Source: Adineta vaga
Taxonomy: Eukaryota > Animalia > Rotifera
NCBI GenBank assembly: GCA_021613535.1
Contig: CP075494.1
Span: 1,860,001 to 1,924,000, forward strand
DNA: 64,000 bases
Reading direction: 5' to 3'
Shown: piece by piece, positions 39,181 to 51,285 of the stretch
Numbering within the stretch: the first letter of the stretch is position 1
Layout: each line of letters starts with the position of its first letter
The notes under the pieces: model-generated
What the model saw: the letters and a program-made list of their open reading frames with translations, nothing else
The model's database searches: none
What the model was told of the DNA's origin: nothing
Position numbers and translations under genes: made by a program

Positions 39181-39590
39181 TTAAGGGTGTGGGTTTCTTT
39201 TATATAAAGACACACCCACACCCACCCACCCACACCCACCCACCCACACCCACCCACCCACACCCACCCACACCCATTCGCGGGCCGCCGAAAAATTTTT
39301 AGAGAGGGGGAAGGGGGCAAAATATCTCTGCGTATGACGAAAAGTAACGAGTTTAAGATCAAAAAGTAGGTTCGATATAAAATCTCAAGAAAACTGTCTT
39401 GAAAAACCAAACTGAAGACGAAAGGAAAAAAACGTCGTACACCCCTCAAGGTTTCGACAGGGCCTACAGAAAACCAAACAGTATATTTTCAAAACAGAGA
39501 GGGGCAATAAAGGTTTATTGCTCCATCAAAAAGTTTTCAGGAGGAGCAATTGCTACCCCTCACCTCCTAGCTGGCCCGCCAGTGCTCAAG
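39181..39590. repeat. Telomere-repeat fold-back element with an expanded C-rich arm, interrupted by a MITE
   Basis: ttaagggtgtggg-tttcttttatataaaga-(cacc/cacacc)n [MITE] ctcaag. Confidence 0.85.
39275..39584. mobile_element. ~310-bp MITE-like element (hAT-like termini) nested in a telomere-repeat element
   Basis: Imperfect TIRs CATTCGCGGGCC ... GGCCCGCCAGTG and GGGGGCAA-type subterminal motifs. Removing it restores CCCACACC|CTCAAG. No TSD is visible. Confidence 0.65.
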
Positions 39591-40708
39591 AGCTTCACCC
39601 ATCATGAAAAACGTTCTGCCGTCATTGTTTCTTTCCAACACTGAATTGTTTTGCAGAAAGAATGAAACAGATTTCTTTTCTTTCTGTCTAATTTAAAAAC
39701 AACATCAGTTTGATGATTCGAATTACAAATTCTACCCACTGAAATGATTCATATATTTGTATTTGTTGTTAAAATGAAAAAATAATTATTTTCGCTGCGC
39801 TACCACATTATTAACGAAAAGCCATTCATGTCACTCTCTCTCTCTCTGCCTGACTGGATTACTGGGAAACTTCACAAACGTCATATCAAATAAACAAACT
39901 TGATTGACGCATAGAGGATTTCTCCCCAGTATAAGATGTATAAAAGTGTTAAGATCTGTAATTATTCGCTCATTCGATCTGGTATCAACTGAGAAATTTT
40001 AAAGGTAAAAATAAAAGAATATTTTTTCCGCTTTTTTTAGTTTCAAAAATAGTTTTATTCTCGTCTGATCTATTTCAAAGGGAATATTGAGCAATACTAA
40101 TTAGATCCCAGTATTTTCTCGTCAACAACCTGATAATCCAGATTTATCAGTCCGAAGTCATTTCTTGTGAAATATGTTCGGATCCGATGATCCAACACAG
40201 TTCTATTAGGTTCTAAGTGACGAAACCCAATAGCAGCATATTGGTAAATCTTGTCAAATGTTATAAATTTTACGAGCAGTCATTTGACACACATTAGAGA
40301 AAGCTCTTCTTTATCCTTCGAATGTGACTATCAGAAATAATCGGATCCGATAATATTTCGACATCTAAGATTCATCGATCTGAGAACAGATGATATCCTT
40401 TTCCAGCCTTTTAAACTGCTTTTTCCGGGAAAGTTCTACGCAAAAATCTGGACATGTCGTGGAGAAATATTCATAACTAGACGAAATACAAGTACCATTC
40501 GTCCTACAGTTTCACCGACCCTTTTATGGAAGAAAAGTTAGTAGTATTGTTCTTTAAAACGGTTTTAATGTCGATTATATCCCATGTATCTATTTTCGTT
40601 TAGGTGATTTGGATTTTGGGCGGTTCTTTTCACAGTTTTTGTTGATCGGCATTTTTATCTTAATGCATTTCCTCTTTTCAGATCTTCTTATCTATAACTT
40701 CTAGACCA

Positions 40709-43700
40709 ATGTGTGAATCTCAAAAATGTTGGAATGATGACGATGAGCTGCTGCTGGAAAGAACTCGTCAACAGCACAAAGAACTAATTGCTAATATTCG
40801 TACACAAATCAAGAACAGTTCCTTGACAGATAGTGAACGCGTTCTTAAACAATCGCTTCTCCAAGAATGCGAATCTCAGTTAAAAACGTTTGACTCAGCG
40901 ATTCGGTTGCTCGCGGATTCTTGTGAGCAGAAGAATGAGTTACAAAAGAACGAACGATGCCGGGTACTTCAACGTGAAATCAAACGACTCCAATCACGTT
41001 TGCCAATTTACGCTCGACGTGACGAGATTGTCAATGCGGTTCGGGCTAATCAGGTTCTCATTGTTAAAGCACAAACTGGAGCAGGAAAGAGTACTCAAGT
41101 TGTCCAGTATTTAGTTGACGCTGGTCTTGTCGGTCACGGTACGAAAAATAACAACGTATCTTTTCTTGTTTCTGACGCTATTTTTAATTTTTCCTCAGGT
41201 GAAATCGTCTGTATACAGCCGCGTCGATTTGCGGCGCGAGCACTAGCTGATCGGGTAGCCGAGGAATTCGGATGTCGAGTCGGCGAAGAGGTAAATTACC
41301 GATATAGCTGTCGAATTCGTCTGATAAACCTTGTTTTGACGTATTTAGGTTGATACTGCACTTCATTCGGAGACGCCATCGAAGTCGAAATCAGCCAGGA
41401 TTCGATTTGTTACTGCAAGCGTTCTGTTGGATGAGTATCGTCGAGATAAAAGACTTTCTTCCTATTCAATCGTGATCATTGATGAAGCGCACGAACGATT
41501 CATCGATACGGATCTTCTCTTCGGCGTAATGAAAATCTGTCTACAACAACGATCTGATATCAAAGTTAGTTTGAATGTTTGTTTTCTTGTTAATTAATCT
41601 TTCAATTATCCTAGTTGATCGTCATGTCTGCGACTTTGGATATTGGATTGATTCGCACTTACTATGGTCGATCGCACGTTCTCGAAGTGGCTGGACGAAC
41701 TTATCCAATCGAAGATTACTTCAGTGTGGTCGATAGTGATGATAACTATGTAAATCAAGCAATTTTGAAAGCTTGTGAAATCCATGAGAGCAATCAGCCT
41801 GGTGATATTCTCGCCTTTTTGACTGGACCGGACGAAATTGATGAAGCAACAATGGAAGTAGAGCGACGACTGAAAGATTCGGCCATTGTTTTGCCTCTGC
41901 ATGCTAAATTGCATCCAGACGAAACAAAACGAATTTTTGAACGAACACCGGTGAATAAGCGTAAGATAATCTTTTCTACAAATGTTGCCGAAACATCGGT
42001 CACAATCGACGGCGTTCAGCATGTCATCGAATCGGGTATGGTCAAAGAAATGATGTGGGATGAGAAACTTAAAATGCAGGCTTTGAAAATTGGTCGAATA
42101 ACACAAAGTTCTGCTATACAACGACGCGGTCGAGCTGGCCGAACATCACCCGGCAAGGTAAGTTTTTTGAACAAGATCAGTTGTTCAACTTTGCACTTAC
42201 TTTTAGTGCCACTATTTGTACACGCGAACGACCTTCAAAGCTATGTCTGTATGTCCTCGTGCGGAAATTCTCCAGATGGAGCCAAGTATAGCTGTTCTTA
42301 AATTGATGCACTTCGCTGCCATTGATGACGTTGAAAAATTTCATTGGCTTGAAGCTCCATCGAAGGAAAGCATCCGACTTGCAATACGTCGCCTTCATTG
42401 GCTCAAAGCGATTGATCTTACATCGAACCGATTGACCGAAATTGGCCAGCGAATGGCTCAACTGGGCCTCTTACCAATGCTTTCCGCGATGGTTTTAAGT
42501 GCCACTGATAAAGCGTGTATTAATCATGTTCTGGTTCTGGCTGGAATGCTCAATGTATCAGACAGTGTTTGGTGGCGTAGCAGAGATATGGGCGCACGAG
42601 AACGAGCACAAAAGATACGTATAGATTTCTTCCGAGACAATCAAAAGGACGGAGATTTCATCTTGCTACTGAGAATTTTTCTCAAGTGGCAGACAATCAA
42701 ACCAAATGAACGAAAGACTTGGTGCGAGAATAACTCGATCAGTATGAAAGCTTTGAAAATAGCTTTGGAGTTTGCGAATGATATAGCTCGACAATTACGC
42801 GTAGATTTACCGAAATTCGACCAAGCGACTCTCGATCGAAATTTAATCAACGAGATAATGGGTTGTGTGAAAACGGGTTTCTTCCAAAATTTGGCTATTT
42901 TTTCCAACTCGACCCGAGTTGGATATCGCTTGTCTTCAAATGTTCAAGGTCAACCTGGAATCAACGCAAAAATATATAACCTATCATCTCTGTTTTCGAA
43001 TTCGTCACCGCCGACCTATGTTCTCTATCATACAATTCTGAATCTCAAGCACATCAGCTGTATGGTCACGTTATGTCCAATTGAGAAGAGTGAGATACCG
43101 AAGGAATGGATAGATTACTATTCTGGTAAGCCAATTGTTCTCTGTCCTAAACCTCAAAATATCGTTCCTAAAACATCCATTCCTATAAAAGTTCCATCTT
43201 CGAAGAGGTCCGACCAACCTTTAGCACATCGTGAAGAACAAAATCAGCCTAGGGAACCAAGTAGTATTACTTCGAAAAGCAATGCGACCTCGGAAGTTGA
43301 CAGTGAACGCTCACTACACTCGACTGAAATGTTCAATACCATCGAAGTTGTTTCTAAAGGCAGTTATTCTGTTGGTAATAAAGAAATTAAGTTTGATACA
43401 AAACAAATGAAGACAATTATTTATAATCACGCATCAAAATTGTACGATAGTGTAACGAAATCATTGTCAGACTTCAACACTTTCCCATTCCCATCGACAA
43501 GCGTTCACGTGGTAAATAAAGATCGCCTTGTTGTCTATAAGGAACTGGTTTCTCAAGGCCGACATCCCGTACTTCTTAACATGGCTTGTCCACAATCTCC
43601 GGGTGGCAATTATCAACTAGGTGTCAGAACTCAAGAAGCTACACTTTTTCTTCGATCGAATTATTTTCTTAGTCTTGATGCTAGTCTCGATTATATTAAA

Positions 43701-45035
43701 CCAACCAATCGCTTTTGCTATGACTCGAACTGTGAACTACAGCCATTATTTAAATATCAACGACTGTATCCGATAGACGAATTTGGCGCTATATACACAT
43801 CTGGCATGACTATCTTTCGTGAGTCGGAAAAAGAGGGCTATGCTTTTATGGAAAAACCGTTATTAAATATGTGCACTATTGCCATGGCTGCATATCGCAA
43901 TACGCAACCAAACAATGAAGCTGGTTTCAGCGCTAAGTATTCAATTGGATTACGAAAAAAAATTGCAAACCTATTTTCCATCGCCTATCATCAGGGACAT
44001 GACAGTCTCGTTCTATCAGCATTTGGCTGTGGCAATTTTCGAAATCCACCAAACCATGTAGCAGCAGTTTTTCACTCGGTCATCGAACAATATGCTGGTT
44101 TTTTTAAGCAGATCAAATTTGCAATTTTTGATGATTATAATAATGGACAATGTGTGAATCCTGGTAGAAACTACGAATCATTCAAAAAGTTACTCGATAA
44201 TGTCAAAGTAGAGCCATTGCAACAGAGAACGCCCGACACGATGATAGGCCCTTGGAGAATTATGAAGACAACAGAGAGAGAGATTCATCTCTCTAGTGTG
44301 AACATTTATTCTCAACCTCTGTGCCTAAACGGAGGAGAATGCAAGAACTTGCACAATGTGGAACATTGCGATATATATTCACATCCACCTATGTGTCCAT
44401 TTAGCATTGATTCAAAATCTTGTACGCAAAAAGCGAATCATGACCATATGCTGTGGTTCAAGCATGACTTGCAAAACACACACGGTATGAGCAATAATTC
44501 AAACGACGATTCGAGGCTTTCGCGGCCAATTGACAGAAATTTTTCTTCGAATCAACAAAGATTTAATAGTTCTGATCGGTTGCATTTGGCAAGCACTGCA
44601 TCCCTGTGGTCCGAGGATTGTAGTTCTGCTCGTACCAATCCAGAGTTGAGCATGAATTCAAAGATCCATGATTCATATCATTCAACAAGCTTTAGCAAAG
44701 AGAAGGATTCGAATTCGACACAACGAACCCAGGCATATCCAAAGTCAGTTTATGATAATCCGTGCTGGTCCACACATTTAACGACAGATGCGGAGCCTTA
44801 CTGTAGCCGAAGATCTTCTTCCTATCGGATGAAGCCTGATGAGAGTGGACAAGCTGAAATTGTGAGACACGAGACGAATACATTTTTATTGCCAAGTACA
44901 CGAACAGATTATTCCATTCCCCGACTATTCAACAGAGAAAGCCAGAACATAAGTGCGCCTCAATTTTCTGCACCATTCGAAAGGTTTGGTATCGGCGATC
45001 GCCTACCACATCGAGACTATTTAGAAGATTCGTAG
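40709..45035 (+). CDS. DEAH-box RNA helicase (RecA1/2, HA2, OB-like) fused to a microbial-type PARG (DUF2263/TIGR02452-like) domain and two PBZ-like zinc fingers; several short introns in the helicase part
   Basis: Helicase motifs AQTGAGKST, QPRRFAARALA, IIDEAHER (~41475-41498), MSAT, STNVAETSVTIDG and QRRGRAGR. PARG-like LNMA...PGG....G.RTQEA.LF.RS and LVLSAFGCGNFRNPP.HVA..F. Two C..C..H...[FY].H fingers at ~44322-44465. The 5' end may include upstream exons. Confidence 0.88.
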
Positions 45036-45339
45036 ATTGAACGACTCGAATAAAATATTCATAAATAGAATAATAAATAACTGCTATAAAGTACACCGAA
45101 CTTTATCAAAATTCAAGTCTTGCTTTTATTCATATTTTCAATGGACAGTGCCACCCAGATTGACTCTTATACTCAACTGAACAGCAGCTCTGTTTTCCTG
45201 TTTTAGAATAGACTAAACTGGTTTGTACTAATGAATAAATATATCTGCGGGAAAATCTTGAGAAAGATTAATAATATCATTCCTCTTTTATAAACGTACA
45301 TATTTCTAACATTTGTCGTCGAAAAAACGAATATGTCAA

Positions 45340-46245
45340 GAAATCCGGAAAATAAGAAATCCGGAGAGGTAAAATCGGGAAAGAAATGAATCACCTGGAA
45401 AGATTTTTTTCTTCTATTTCTTTTGACAGAAGTCAAAGGAACTGTTATATATGTATATATGTTTTCTGCTCAGTCTCTCCTTCTGTATTCATGTTCCTAT
45501 ATACTCGCTCTCTAGTGCTATCTCTCTCACCTTATTCTCCTTTGTTCATGCTCTCATCATCTAACTTTGCACTATTCTCTCTCCCACAGTGCATGATCAT
45601 ATATAAAGGGTGGTAATCTCTTGAATAAAACTTACGCTAACAACTGCTTACAAATCAAATCTTACAGCACGGTAATCTCTTATTCTCACTTTTCCTCTCT
45701 TCTTTTTACAATGGCTACCGCTTGTCCGACATACTCTTACGTGAACAGCAATAAAGGTAAACATCTTCTCATCATTTATGACTATGTCTTTTATTAGAGA
45801 GACAAATGTGTTTCTTTCGAATGTTCGTAGTTTATTTAGTAAAATATAAAAACACACACACATCACACCACTCTCTTCTCTAACACTTTACCGAGAAAAA
45901 CATGTATATATATATATAATCACACAAAGAAAAGTGAATACACATATATCACGAATAAAGAGAAGAAAGATGAAAGACGAGATCAATAGAAAGAAAGAGA
46001 AGACTAGAATATGAAGAGATAGGTGTCGCCTGTAACATCTTTCAACAGAGTAGCGAAGCCACAATGGCGACCACATATTGGGCATGTCAGTTCAAGGACT
46101 GTTCAGCCGTCGCTCACACAGTCACAAAGACTGGCGATTTAACCAAGCAGAAGAATGATCATTGTCATCCTCCCGTCCCAGAGAAGATCGAGATTCGTCA
46201 GTTGATGAACAAGGTCAAGACTCATGTCATCAGCGAGACAGCAGC
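45340..46245 (+). mobile_element. 5' part of a MULE/Mutator-like element with a FLYWCH domain, split by a ~260-bp insertion and cut off by the hAT element
   Basis: 45711 MATACPTYSYVNSNKGKHLLIIYDYVFY is continued at ~46064 by TTYWACQFKDCSA..H.....NDHCHPP, together forming a FLYWCH finger. Repeated aaatccgga motifs at ~45340-45380 resemble a terminal region. Confidence 0.65.
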
Positions 46246-49200
46246 TAAGCATATCGCAATACCAAAACCCAAGAGTTTTGGTATCGACGGTATTGTAGGT
46301 ATTGGAGTATTGGTATCGACGGTATTGTAGGTATTGGAGTATTGGTATCGACGGTATTGTAGGTATTGGAGTATTGGTATCGACGGTATTGTAGGTATTG
46401 GAGTATTGGTATCGACGGTATTGTAGGTATTGGAGTATTGGTATCGACGGTATTGTAGGTATTGGAGTATTGGTATCGACGGTATTGTAGGTATTGGAGT
46501 ATTGGTATTAACTGATATTGAGTATTGATAGTATTGATATTGGTGGTATTGGTATTGACTGGTACTGAAGGTATTGGCAGTATTGGTATTGATATTGAAG
46601 TATTGACTTAGCAAGGTGTTCTCTATATACTTCAAAATTTCCCATTATGATGATTGTTAGATAGGTTATGAAACGCAGATTGATAGCACATTTCTGTTAG
46701 GCATACGCTAACTGAATATTGGTCATTCTTTCAAATATTTTATATAGTTTGATACTAATTCTTTTGAGCGCATTTGGATTAATAGCATCACTATGATCAC
46801 TCTGTGCACTTAGGATTACAATGCTTTTGTATGTATTCGCGTTTTCAAAAAATCTAGAGAGATACGTTTCGCTTTTACGATTGTTGTTTGGTCTTCTTTC
46901 TAGTTCATTTCGAGTTTTATTTATCATTTTTGTATTTATTTTAAAACAGCATTGAAGAAGTCGAAATGCAACAATCAATAAAAAAAACTTCTTCATATCG
47001 TTTTTTAAAAACGCTAAAATAAGAAAAACAAATCAAAACTGCGCTTAATGTTCTATGCTTTGCGATTTTAATTGTTCGTGGGCCAATCATCAGTTTTCAT
47101 CCATCTTATCTTTCAGAAAAACAGAATGTGATAGATTCGATGGATCAAGTCGTGATCGTTGTTTGCGTAGTAAATATAAAGTCGTGCTGAATGCACTTTC
47201 TGAAGGCACAGAGCTTGCAGGTGTAGCAAGAAAATGAGCTACCAATGTAGACAATATTGTAAGCTGAGCTTGATGTAGTCGCCAGAACTCTAACTAAACG
47301 ACAGAAAGACAATTACTTGTATAAGGGAATGACTTAAAACTGTGTTGTACTTACAGCATCTGCATCTTCATGACTAAGAATAATTTCGTTGTACCGTTTC
47401 TGAGCCAACGAACGATACGTGCTAAGCTGTTCTCCAAAATAGCTTTGATTATTCGATCGTCTATTTGACGATGAAGGCATTTTTTTTATCAAGAGAATCT
47501 AAAAATTCTGTCATGCGTAACCCTTTTGGTTTTTGAGATATGTTTGTTGGCATTGTCATTGACAATGAATTTTCATCCAATTCATCTTCTGTAATATCAA
47601 ACGCTCCACTATTTGTTTGCTCGTATAACACGTACAATTCACGCTCGATCGTTCTTCTGTCAACACGTTGAAGGCAACCATAGCCGAGCAGATCGAAATA
47701 AGCATGTTTCTGTATAGAAAATGGACACAGCTGAGGCTATCAGTAAAGAAAAAACTTCTTACCTTAAGTAAATTCCATTGATCCTCGTCCTTCTCAAAGT
47801 ATTTTTCCATGTTGAATAATAAAAGTTGTTTCAGACGGGAAAGAATGTTTGAATTATTCGATCCGGAGGATCTTTCATCTTGGAGAAATTCACGAATTTG
47901 AATGATACAGAAGAAACCAATGCCAATCGTTGAATATTGTCTGCCACTGATGAGTGTTGTCGCCTTCACGAATGGTTGAAGAACACGTTTTATTGATTCA
48001 ATCATGGTCCAATCAGCTTTTTCCAATTCAATTGATAAAAGTTTCTTCGTTTGCTTATAATTCAATCCGATATCATGTTTTTCACTGTTAAGCCTATTGA
48101 TCAGTTTCTTGTAGGCGATTATTGTTTTGAGGAGACGATAAGACGAGTTCCCTCTACTCTGGCAACCTAGTTGAAGTGACTGTTTGACGTTAAATTGTTT
48201 CTTGAGTGTATTAACATATGCCTTCAAAATCGATGACTTATTCACCAGTTTCACAAACGATCGACATTTCTTCATCAACACACCAATTGCAGCCTGTTCT
48301 GCTGCACATGTCGAAGGATCAAAATCTACTAAGACATCTTGTGACCAATTGTCAACAGTATCGATGTATGGATCAACAAATTCGTTTTCATTAGTATTTT
48401 CATCCGTGACTGTTGATGTTGTTGTAGCGGACGACGAGAATGATCCTTTTTGTTTACGAATCCAAAGACCAAGGCTGTTGCACACCGTCAGATGCAATCG
48501 ATCAGCAACACCTATGAATGGGATGCGAAATCATAGAGAATTTTTTTCAAATACATTCACAATATACACGATTTATTTCTGGACGCAATATTTCGAACAT
48601 TTTTATCATATTCGCTGCTCCGTCAGACGTTATTGTGGTTGTTTTATCATATACGTTTAATTCTTTCAATTTCTCTTGAACTGCATTTGAAATATTAGTT
48701 GCATAATGCCGTTGAGAAAAACTTGAAAATGCAATTATTTTCGAAACCGAATTGAAATTTGATGTAATGTAGTGACCGGTGAGACATAAATAGGAATATA
48801 AACGTTTGTCCGACCAGAAGTCACATGTCACAGAGATCCATGGAACTGTGAACAGTTTTTTCATGAGTAATCGTTTGTGTTCAGTATGTAATTGACTTAG
48901 TCGTTGCTGAACTGTGTGTCGATGAGGAGGTGAGTATCTTAGGAAGCCGCAGAAATAAAAATATCGAATCTCGAATTCTACTACTCTTACCTGGTACCAA
49001 CTGGTTGAATATCTTTAGAAGATCCGTTCGTCTAAAATCGCCAAAACTTCTTCCATCTTCTATAACACATTTAATCACCAAGGAATCGAGTTTTTTTTTT
49101 CTTATCAAACGGAAATTTTTTGATTGTTGATCTTTTTGTTACTGAAGAAACGAAGAATTGTTCCAGTTTGTGAACTTGGTAAAGATGTTTCCTTAAGCCT

Positions 49201-49499
49201 GTAGTTCCACTGTTTTTTCGACTCAGCACTGCGTCGCATAGACTGCATTTTGCTTTATCATCAGTACGCTTCTTCATGTGTTCCCATACATTCGAACGTT
49301 GATTGCTGTTCAGATTCTCTTGATTTTCGCGATCATATTCATCAGCTTCTTCGATGATATCTTGGTTGAAGATCTGACTGATCGAAGATGGTGGCAGACG
49401 AGATTTCGATTGCGTTGTTTGCGATTGGATTGGAGTGTTATCATTCTCAGTCAAATTTGTTGCTACACCCATCGCTTTCTTTGTTCCTTTTGCTGCCAT
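46246..49499 (-). mobile_element. Degenerate hAT DNA transposon with an intron-containing BED-finger transposase (CDS ~49499-47090); 5' terminus not found
   Basis: BED finger SNVWEHM..KAKCSLC..TTGLRKHL..H; catalytic-region motifs SVTCDFWSD and TSDGAANM; dimerisation motif LATPASSVPSESAFS. Defects: frameshift in the T-run at ~49091-49100 and RWNS changed to RGNS. Confidence 0.9.
46279..46502. repeat. Seven perfect tandem copies of a 32-bp unit (tggtatcgacggtattgtaggtattggagtat), hAT subterminal array
   Basis: Units start at 46279, 46311 and so on to 46471. Degenerate gtattg motifs continue to ~46605. Confidence 0.95.
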
Positions 49500-49880
49500 T
49501 CTTTTTTCAGCGTAAAAGCTTCAGCACAACTGAAATCATTATTTTTCAAATGAGCACGATACAGATATTTCTCTTGTTAAATCACCCTTCTTCAACTGAC
49601 TTGATTCGATTACGTGGCTTATTTTCTTTCTCTTTTCTGATTAATGCTGTATCACGTAGTCGGTCTTGCTTCAAATTGATATTTATAATTGTTTTAATAA
49701 TATGTATATTAAAAGGTGTTATTTTACTATCAGTATATTATAGTGAACAAGGTAAGAGTTATATTTTGACATCTGATATTCATCAATAATTATATTGATA
49801 GATTGATAAATATAATTTCGAAGTAATAAATGTTTGTTTCATAGGTTCAACCATGAATATATCAATGATTAATAGTTTAA

Positions 49881-50922
49881 CCCTTTCCGGCCGGCTACCA
49901 GAAGAGAACAAGAAAGAAATCTTAATACTGCATATTCTTTGTCTTTTCTGTATGGATGTTACCATATTCCATCCACAAGTTCAAAGAACTGAAACAGAGC
50001 CGTATATCAATATGTTGCCATTTGGCAACATCCGGCCGTAAGGGTACAAACAGATAGGACAAGTCAGTTATTTTTCCTGTTTAGGAGCCCAATAATTTGA
50101 TGATAGTTCTATTATATATTGTCAAAGGAAGGCATATTTAGTTCATCTGTCTATCTCATGAAGCGTTGTGATGTAATATATTTCGATTATGCTCGAAAAC
50201 TGATCAAATTATCATAATTTTCATCAATTTCACTATAAAGACTCATCTAATGAGTAAGTTTCTAACAAGATTTGTAATGCTTTATGATACTCTGTGTGAA
50301 GACACTGTGATATGCTGTAAATCTTGTTAGAAACTTACTCATTAGGTGAGTCTTTATAGTGAAATTGGTGAAAATTATGATAATTCGATCGGTTTTCGAG
50401 CATAATCGAAATATATTACATCATAACGCTTCATGAGATAGACAGATGAACTCAATATGCTTTCCTTTGACAATATATAATAGAACTATCATCAAATTAT
50501 TGGGCTCCTAAACAGGAAAAATAAGTGACTTGTCCTATCTGTTTGTACCCTCACGGCCGGATGTTGCCAAATGGCAACATGCTCACATTTTGTTATTCGA
50601 GCATGCTAATTAATTCATGTTATAAGTCTAACAGATAATGGAGTTAGAGAGGAAAACTAAGCACCAGTCACTTCTCGGATGAAATGCTTGGCCAAATGAT
50701 AAGGGGATCATTTCCATTCGTGAGCTCTTTTGGACGTTTACAGAGAATTCATCCCACTCGCCAACAGTAGACTGTTCCTTTCTTTCAAAGGCATATATTT
50801 GTACTAAAATACGTATAGTTATTTATCAAACGACTTAGAAAACTATATCTCATCATTTTAAGATAAAACTTATATTGACATTGGTAAAATGTTGCCAAAT
50901 GGCAACATCCGGCTGGAAAGGG
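49881..50922. mobile_element. piggyBac-type non-autonomous element (1042 bp) with an internal long palindrome
   Basis: TTAA|CCCTTTCCGGCCGG ... CCGGCTGGAAAGGG|TTAA. Confidence 0.92.
50012..50580. repeat. 569-bp inverted repeat: 262-bp arms (50012-50273, 50319-50580) and a 45-bp loop
   Basis: The arms read as reverse complements with only scattered substitutions. Confidence 0.95.
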
Positions 50923-51285
50923 TTAAATACAACAACAATAACAATGTCAACACCTATATACACCTCAAGTTAGTTAATGAAATTAATAGATTTACATAAC
51001 GTATATGTCTTGAAATTAGATTTTTAAATTGAAAAATATTCACTAATATTAATTCATATGTATATCTTTAGACTCAACATGTCAATTTAAATGGAAAATT
51101 TTATCATTCTATACAGATTGTTGGGCAATCGTGTCTCCGATTAGCTTTGTTGTAGATATCAATGAGGATAATTTGGCTGATATAGTTTACGTCTGCTCTG
51201 GCTATAGTATACATGAAGTGAGGGTATTATTTGCAAACGGAAACGGTTCGTTCGAATATATGTCAAGAGTTTTAGCTAAACCTAT

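Noticed and set aside
39181-39275. True chromosome telomere
   Set aside because: The tract is under 100 bp, irregular and flanked by ordinary sequence on both sides.
46279-46502. 32-bp repeat array as a CRISPR
   Set aside because: The units are contiguous with no unique spacers, there are no cas genes, and the array lies at a hAT terminus in eukaryotic DNA.
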